Positions 57,182 through 64,000 of a DNA stretch of 64,000 bases are shown one piece after another (the first letter of the stretch is position 1; each line of letters begins with the position of its first letter). The stretch lies in the NCBI GenBank assembly GCA_030167865.1, contig JALAGF010003606.1, positions 1 to 64,000 on the forward strand. The letters run 5' to 3'. Below the pieces are notes generated by a model. The model did not search any database. It was not told the DNA's origin and was given only the letters and a program-made list of their open reading frames with translations. The DNA is from Craspedostauros australis (taxonomy: Eukaryota). The position numbers and the translations under genes were made by a program.

Positions 57182-59431
57182 TTATGGCTGGTCTGAAGTC
57201 ATCTGCTCCACCTCTGATTTCTGCGGTGGGATCCATATGCATAGCCGTTCAGCTCCCTCCCATTCCGTCACAGGGATGTGCCAAACGAGGTTATCTTTGG
57301 TACTGTGCGGATTGCCCTGGATCTCCTTGCTGAAAAAGTCCGCAGGGATGAAGCTGATGGTCAGATCCTCGTCGTTGAACTTGCCGTCTTTCGGAATCCG
57401 GTAGTTCACGATGTGGCATGAGCACCATCTTCGAAATTCGCGCGGATCGAGAAGATCGAGCTTGTGATCGCGCATCTGATCGTTCGTGACGAGCATCGGG
57501 CGCAGTCCGGGGAACCGACCGTCATCGTCCTCAATGGATACGGACAGATCGACATGCGCTCTTGCGACGGTCTGGTTGGAAACGCTGCCGAGCATCCAGT
57601 AGTAATCATCCAGGCATCTTGCCGGGACCTTGTACATCTTACCGCTGGACGTGAGCTCGTCCAAGATTTTCAAATCAGCCTCTGTCAGCATCTGCAAGAC
57701 ACGATGCCGGGCCAGCATGAATTTGGGAAGCGTGTACTTGGCTGGCATGATGACCAACGGTCGTTCTCCCATCTTCTCCAGCTCGTCGACCGCCAGCTTG
57801 ATCTGGTTGTAATGCACCTGCGCGTGACCGAAGTAGGCAATGTTGGCACCATCGACGATCGCGGTGAATGGCTCGCCTTCGCGGGTGTCCAGCCATTGGG
57901 AGAAGTTCGAAAGCTGCTTGAAGCCATGCTTTTCGTCATCCTCCTTTCCAATCTTTTTGTTGGATCTCTTGAGAAACTCTTGGTGCTGGATCGTGGCCAT
58001 CTCCAGCAGCGTGTCATGAACATGCTGCTGTTGCAGTTCATCCAGCTCAAATAGACGAAGCCTTGTCCCAGTTGCCGGACACAGAGCGGTGGAGGTGTTG
58101 ATCAGAACCTGTCCCATCACCGTCTTGGATTCTGTGGATGTTGTTCCATTCAAAGCATGGATGCTTCCATCGGACTGAAACGATTCATCGGAGACTTCTT
58201 CAAATGCTCTCGCAATGCGCAATGCGACTGCCTCTGGTAACTCCAGAATATCGGTCGCCATCTCCGCCATGATATCATCGAACAGCACCGGCCCACTGTC
58301 GGCAGAAAAGCCATGATCCAAGGCACAGTCGATGGGAGGAGAACCAGGGTGGAAGTTGCCATTGCGTGCCAGCATGCTCAGCACCGTGCCGTACGCGTCC
58401 GCATCGAACACGACGCCTGTGGAATTGCGCATCGCGCGGAAGTTCCGCAGCAACGACGATGCGTCATTCGTTTCGCAGTAGTAGTCAATCAACGGCATGA
58501 AGGTCCGCAGTCGCTTCCATTCTCCCGTCTTGCCCTTATCCGGCAGCGCGGACAGGATCTGCTCGGCCTGCTCGACCTCGCCACGACTCAGGCAGGTCTT
58601 GATGCGCAACGTGGTCGTCTTTTCGGACGGTTGGAAGCAAACGTCGTGCAGGGAGGCGATTTCCATGAGGGTGTCATGCATCTGCGGTTCCAACCCGGCG
58701 ACGTACATGTACGTGCTGATGGCCTTTTCATGCGGGATGAGTCCCATCTCCATCATCTTGCGCCACGCCACGACCAGAGGTAGAGGATTGCGGCGTTTGG
58801 CGCACAGGTCACCAAGGTAGACCAAAGATCGCTTGCCAAACTCGTACTGCGGCTGGGTGTAGCCGAACATGTCGATAAATCGCTCCGTCTGGTCCTTCAT
58901 CGACTGGATGAACACGTCAGTTTGCGTCAGTGCAGGTGGCGGCGGTACGTCTGCATCCACGTTCTTGAGATATTCGATGATCGGTTGCATGGTCGCCATG
59001 TCATGTCCAGACCTCACACGTTTGTTTTCAAGAATATCTTCGATTGCTTCTGCGTAGGCGTCTATCATATCTTGCGATGGGCGACCATCGCTACGGCGGC
59101 TGATATCGTCGTTGTTCTGCACGGCATCCACGCTACTTTCCGAAAGAGTTGCCCATCGTCTTCCCAGGCATGCATCACTGAGTCCATAGCCCATGGTGCT
59201 GCGTCGACTCGGTGCCGTGAAGGAACCACTCGCAGTGATACCAAAGTTGCGATTCCTTCGGAATAGCCTCGTCGAATGATGATGATGATGATGGAAGAGC
59301 TGCGTGTGCGACAGTGCGCGTGTTGATGCGGATGGTGGCATTGATCCCGAATTGGGCTGCAGTGCACGTCCGCATCCCCACGAAAGGCATGCGACGATCA
59401 ACGAGAGCGAGTTGAGTCTGAGCAGAGCCAT
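57182..59431 (-). CDS. Protein-only RNase P (PRORP family), copy B, with signal peptide and transit-like leader (plastid?)
   Basis: Intronless, likely start MALLRL at 59431. Motifs RLRTFMPL, IVDGAN, DDYYWML, VTNDQMRDH, FRRW and WHIP. Collinear with copy A. Confidence 0.88.
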   Translation of the reverse strand: MALLRLNSLSLIVACLSWGCGRALQPNSGSMPPSASTRALSHTQLFHHHHHHSTRLFRRNRNFGITASGSFTAPSRRSTMGYGLSDACLGRRWATLSESSVDAVQNNDDISRRSDGRPSQDMIDAYAEAIEDILENKRVRSGHDMATMQPIIEYLKNVDADVPPPPALTQTDVFIQSMKDQTERFIDMFGYTQPQYEFGKRSLVYLGDLCAKRRNPLPLVVAWRKMMEMGLIPHEKAISTYMYVAGLEPQMHDTLMEIASLHDVCFQPSEKTTTLRIKTCLSRGEVEQAEQILSALPDKGKTGEWKRLRTFMPLIDYYCETNDASSLLRNFRAMRNSTGVVFDADAYGTVLSMLARNGNFHPGSPPIDCALDHGFSADSGPVLFDDIMAEMATDILELPEAVALRIARAFEEVSDESFQSDGSIHALNGTTSTESKTVMGQVLINTSTALCPATGTRLRLFELDELQQQHVHDTLLEMATIQHQEFLKRSNKKIGKEDDEKHGFKQLSNFSQWLDTREGEPFTAIVDGANIAYFGHAQVHYNQIKLAVDELEKMGERPLVIMPAKYTLPKFMLARHRVLQMLTEADLKILDELTSSGKMYKVPARCLDDYYWMLGSVSNQTVARAHVDLSVSIEDDDGRFPGLRPMLVTNDQMRDHKLDLLDPREFRRWCSCHIVNYRIPKDGKFNDEDLTISFIPADFFSKEIQGNPHSTKDNLVWHIPVTEWEGAERLCIWIPPQKSEVEQMTSDQP

Positions 59432-60015
59432 GCCTGATGCCCGATTCGTGACCGTTCCCACGCGGAAGAAACTGCGGTTGTGCGTTAGAACTTGCCGACC
59501 AGCTGACCAGCCGACCGAATGAATGAATGAATGAGGGGATGAGTTGAATGTGTTGATCGAGCGGATCTTTCGCCTCCGCTCCAACTCTTTAGCAAGTGTG
59601 CATTTAATGTAGAGTGGAGCTGTGCTTGACTTTGGGATCACACAGGAGCTGATACGATTGTTGGCAAAAGTCAGGTGAGCAATCGATCAATCGATCGATG
59701 GGACGATCGATCTTGAGACTTCATGCGCCAGGCCTCTCTTCTGTTGGCACAATTGGTGGGTGGTCGTTGATGTCTTTGTTCGTTTGTGTGTTGAGATTTT
59801 CCCTTCTTGAACTTCCTTGATTGCCATCAATCAATAGACTCGTTCGATTAAACGGACGACGGTCCGACCAGTGGATCTTCTCCTCAGTGGTGGACGCGGA
59901 ACTCGAAGGTAGATAGATCACTCTACCATCATACTCCATGTACATGCGCAGCTCGTACTCCAAGCAAGTTGGAGGTAATGCAATCGAACCACAATCTTCT
60001 ACATCTACCACTCTA

Positions 60016-61080
60016 TTATCGTTCGTCCTTTCCATCCCCTCTGTTGCGTTGGCGCCTGTTGCTTTGCAGTTTGTCCTTCAGAAGATCTTGGCTTCGACTC
60101 GGCAGTTCAGCTTGGATGGAGACGAGGTCATCGATCCAACCAAGTTCATCGATGAGATCGAGGAAGACGGAGTCGCAATCTCCTTGCGCAAAGAAGTCGC
60201 GTCCCTCGCTCTTCCTGTTGGAAGCACCACGATGATATTCGATGCCCAACTCTTCGCCAACTGGGTCCAGGTTCACGACTGCACGAACTGTCGATTGTGG
60301 GACCTTGTAGACGAGCGAGTTGGCCGGTGACACGACGAGGGATGTGCCTGCCACGATGAGAAGGTCCAACGTTGGCAGATCCTGCGCGGTGCGTTTGAAG
60401 AATTCGGCCGGCAGCGATCTTCCAAACAGAACCGTCTTGGGCTTGACCAACGGCTTGCCACAGTTGTCGCAGTTGATCGGCGTGGATTCTTTCGGCGCCA
60501 CGCCTGCACTGTTTTCATCGCTATCGCTGCGCGCATCGTAAATGTCCTTGATTCGGGTTTCGACCTTATCACAGAACGCGCCGAAATCCGCGACGTCATG
60601 CCCGCAGCCTTCACACGCGGCTTCGCCGATGGTCCCATGTACGCTGACGATCTTGTCGGCGGGCAGCTGCGCGCAATGCCCATCCAGCCCATCGATGTTC
60701 TGCGTGTACACGCGTGTCAGCTTGTTCGTTTTGACATGCAGCAGCTCCGCGAACCGATGTGCGATGGTCGGCTTCCAGGTCTGATTGCGCGTGCCCAGGA
60801 TGAACGGCCGTCGCACCTCGAGGTACGGGAACGCGTTCTGACGAAAGACGCCCCATTCCACGACGTAGGTGGGGTCCTGCTCCATGAGCTGCCTTTGTTG
60901 TTGTGTCGCTGTGAGCAGCTCAGGGCGCAGCGTGTCGTACATGCCGCCCGGCGAACGAAAGTCAGGAATACCCGATGCCACGCTGACGCCGGCGCCCGTC
61001 AGCAGTGCGATGGACCGACATTGCTCCGACAGGATGAGATTTGCGAGGCCGGCGATGTCTTGTGGTGCCGCGAGCTTCAT
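60016..61080 (-). CDS. Sir2-family NAD-dependent deacetylase (class I, SIRT2/Hst2-like)
   Basis: Motifs LTGAGVSVASGIPDFRSP.G.Y, YTQNIDGL, VHG, CxxC...CxxC, VKP..VLFG..LP, GTSL.V.P and GDCD. Confidence 0.93.
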   Translation of the reverse strand: MKLAAPQDIAGLANLILSEQCRSIALLTGAGVSVASGIPDFRSPGGMYDTLRPELLTATQQQRQLMEQDPTYVVEWGVFRQNAFPYLEVRRPFILGTRNQTWKPTIAHRFAELLHVKTNKLTRVYTQNIDGLDGHCAQLPADKIVSVHGTIGEAACEGCGHDVADFGAFCDKVETRIKDIYDARSDSDENSAGVAPKESTPINCDNCGKPLVKPKTVLFGRSLPAEFFKRTAQDLPTLDLLIVAGTSLVVSPANSLVYKVPQSTVRAVVNLDPVGEELGIEYHRGASNRKSEGRDFFAQGDCDSVFLDLIDELGWIDDLVSIQAELPSRSQDLLKDKLQSNRRQRNRGDGKDER

Positions 61081-61688
61081 GTTCTACCAGCGCGTTTGTC
61101 AGCGGAGGTGAATGAGTTGTAGGAGACAGAAGACAGAAGAAAGCCGACAAGGGATTGCGATCGCAATGGGTGAGTGGTGAGTAGAGTGGAAATAGCCAAT
61201 TTCATTGTGTTGCGTGGTGCCATTCCTCCACTGCGTGGGAGGCCCTGTCCTGCTTGCTTGGGACTTGTCTCACAAGAAAAGAAGAGAAAGAAGACGCTGA
61301 AAAGCGAACCTTTGTGCAAGCATTCCCGGATCCTTCGAGTCGTGGATTTCTGGAACCTTCTCTTCTTTTCCATCCACGAAACGAAGAGAGAGAGAGGTGT
61401 CACACGGTATCTCCTCACATCGGGAAAGGGACCACGCTCCGACACATGCCAAATGGAACACACGCAGAGGGGGGATGTTCGCGCCTCCCCACACGACCAA
61501 GAGGCGAGAAGAGACACAGAGGCAGGAATGGGTGGTTCATTGGTGACGGATCCGTTGTCTTCTGCACAGACTCCGCTCATTCCTTGAAGAGAGGACGGTT
61601 GACGTGCCAGGGACGCTGAGCTGAACAAGGCAACACACACTGAGCAGTACGAACATACCGTCATCCTTTGCTGGCAGCAAGAACGAAG

Positions 61689-63958
61689 ATGATGAGGGTC
61701 ACGAATTCCATCGCGGCGCTGCTGTGTGTTTTGGTCCACGCTGAGCTTGCGCAGTCTGGCACTGCCAACACGGAGCAGAAAGCCAACTTCATCGTGGGCT
61801 CTGGCATTTACGACATGTAAGTGCGGAGAAGCAACGAAAAGGTGGGATGCGACCCTGGTTGCTCGGTTGCTGGTGCTCGGATCCGATGCTGATCTCCCTT
61901 GTCACATATCATCCCTCATCCCCATCACTCCTTCCGTGTTCTTTCTCGGGCAACACTGCAACACTGCAACACTACCGTACATACACGATCTGCCTTCTAC
62001 ACAGGACTGGACCAGCCGCGCAGGTAGGATTCATGGGGTACGCGAAGACATCGCAGATAGGTCATGGAATTCACACCAGACTCCGTGCCCGAGCCTACAT
62101 CATTTCGCAGCTTGAGGACGGTGATGAAGAACAAGACGCAAACGTCGATGTAGGCTTGGATTTGATCCACCAGAAGCAGCAACAGCAACAGGAGCAGAAG
62201 GCAGAACTGGCAAATGAGAGAACCAGCAACGTTGAAGATGCTGCCTACAAACGAGCCCCCAATCACAACCTGAAATATGAAAGAGTTCGAGTGGGGGGAC
62301 ATCATCGGGGCCAACTATCGCATGTCAACGCAAACGCAAAGCCGAAGGAACCGGATGGCTCGCATTCGGCGGAACCGCGCACACTGCCTGAATCTGTATC
62401 CCCTGACAACACAATCTGCTTTGTCAGCGTGGATATTGGAATGGGATCCGACCTGCTCAATATCCGCGTATTGAAGAGACTCGAAGAGCTACTGCCTGCT
62501 ATGGATGATACTGGTCGGAGATTGTGCCATGTCGACAATCTGAGCATCAGCGGGACGCACACCCATTCCGCGCCGGGTGGGTTTCTTCAATACGTTCTGT
62601 ACCAAATCACAACCGCAGGATTTTCGGAGGAGGCCATGGGTGCCTTTGTGGAGGGCGTCGCCCAGTCGATCGTGAGGGCGATTGGCGATATGGATCAAGG
62701 CAGCATCAGCGTGAATCAAGGTAAGCTCTTCGGCGCCAATATCAACCGCTCACCCACCAGCTATCCTCTCAACCCGCAATCCGAACGCGATGAGTACTCG
62801 ACGGACGGTGACACGGACAAGACCATGGTTCAATTGATGATTGAGCATACGTGGTCCAACACGTCCGGTCAATCGCAGGAGCCGATCGGATTGATCAACT
62901 GGTTTGCTGTGCACGGCACCAGTCTCAATGCTACTAACCTCCTCATCTCCGGCGACAACAAAGGGTACGCCTCCTATCTGATGGAGAAGAAGATGAATCC
63001 AGGCATTCTACCCGGGCAGGGATCCTTCGTCGCCGCCTTCGCATCCACGAACCTTGGAGATGTTTCGCCAAACACCGCTGGGCCCAGATGCATCGATACT
63101 GGAAAGCCATGTGATTTGGTCACCTCCACGTGCGGCGGCAACACCAATCTCTGCATCGCATCAGGGCCCGGCAAGAACATGCTCGAATCCGCCGAGATCA
63201 TTGGAAGAAAGCAGTTCGAGAAGGCGATAGAGTTGATGGAGGCAGAGAGCGAGCAACTTGAAGGGACAGTGAGCTATCGCCACAGCTTTGTGGACATGTC
63301 GAATCTGACAGTCACGCTTTCAGACGGAACGGAGGTACAGACATGCCCAGCGGCACTGGGGTACGCGTTTGCCGGTGGCACCACGGACGGGCCGGGGCAG
63401 TTTCCATTCCATCAATCCACCAACACATCCAATCCGTTCTGGAACATGATCAGCGGCTTCCTGTCCATCCCAACACAGAAGCAGGTTGATTGTCAAGCAC
63501 CAAAGCCCATTCTGCTCAACACTGGCGAAGTGAAGCTACCGTACTCCTGGGATCCAAAGTCTGTACCGGTTTCCATCTTTCGAATTGGCAGCTTTTTCAT
63601 CCTCAATGTCCCTGCGGAGCTCACCACCATGGCTGGACGAAGGCTGAGGAAGGCGGTACGCTCCATCCTGGAAAACCGTGGAATCGATGATCCCTACATC
63701 ACGATCGCCGGGCTGGCGAACTCGTACACGCACTACGTCACAACATTCGAGGAGTACGCTGGACAACGGTACGAGGCAGCGAGCACCTTGTACGGTCCGC
63801 ACACATTGGCCGGTTACATCCAGGAATTCGAACGCATCACCAGCGATTTGATGGACGATCGTGAATCGTCATCAGATCCACCACCGAAGGACTTGGGGGA
63901 CAAACAGGTCTCGTTGATCCCTCCAAGAGCCGTGGATACTGTCGGTTTCGCCAGAACG
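61689..63958 (+). CDS. Neutral/alkaline ceramidase, secreted type; 3'-partial (continues beyond the window)
   Basis: Exon 1 61689-61816 (signal peptide, VGSGIYD), exon 2 62005-63958, next donor GTATGT at 63959. Motifs TGPAA...MGYA, GTHTHSAPGG, NINRSP.SY, NWFAVHGTS, SGDNKG, GDVSPN and QRYEAASTLYG. Confidence 0.95.
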
Positions 63959-64000
63959 GTATGTGGGCACAACAGATGAGAGAGATCGAGTTGATGCTGC

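Noticed and set aside
27834..61080. Functional cluster idea (MYST, sirtuin, USP-Tudor, UBA3, CDC27 and proteasome as a co-regulated chromatin/ubiquitin locus)
   Set aside because: These genes are interspersed with unrelated ones and belong to large functional classes, so co-occurrence in 64 kb is unremarkable.

Overview
Gene-dense eukaryotic nuclear DNA, almost certainly from a diatom or related photosynthetic stramenopile. The evidence is GT-AG introns of roughly 140-400 nt, several bipartite plastid presequences (signal peptide followed by an A/S-A-F motif) and diatom-type LRR and Myb-like families. I rebuilt 28 protein-coding genes by hand with splice junctions. Three are multi-exon genes the ORF track breaks up: an RNase kappa / V-ATPase subunit f-like gene, PIG-P and a small thylakoid protein. 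Most genes are housekeeping: proteasome alpha subunit, cyclophilin, MYST acetyltransferase, RsmG, TMX3-like PDI, CDC27, uL23m, UBA3, a sirtuin and a neutral ceramidase. I found no tRNA, rRNA, CRISPR array or recognisable transposon. The most notable observations are: (1) a kinase-less LRR membrane protein built from symmetric phase-1 exons in multiples of 72 nt, with possible decayed LRR relics in its introns; (2) a tail-to-tail pair of protein-only RNase P (PRORP) paralogues, apparently targeted to different organelles and both with an altered Zn site; (3) an RXL-motif, Ser/Asp- and Thr-rich membrane protein resembling biosilica or adhesion precursors; (4) an orphan, probably truncated P-loop NTPase; (5) a USP-Tudor fusion; (6) a TACTCGTA octamer that recurs only in non-coding DNA. 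All calls come from motif recognition without database searches. I cannot establish a new biological system from sequence alone.
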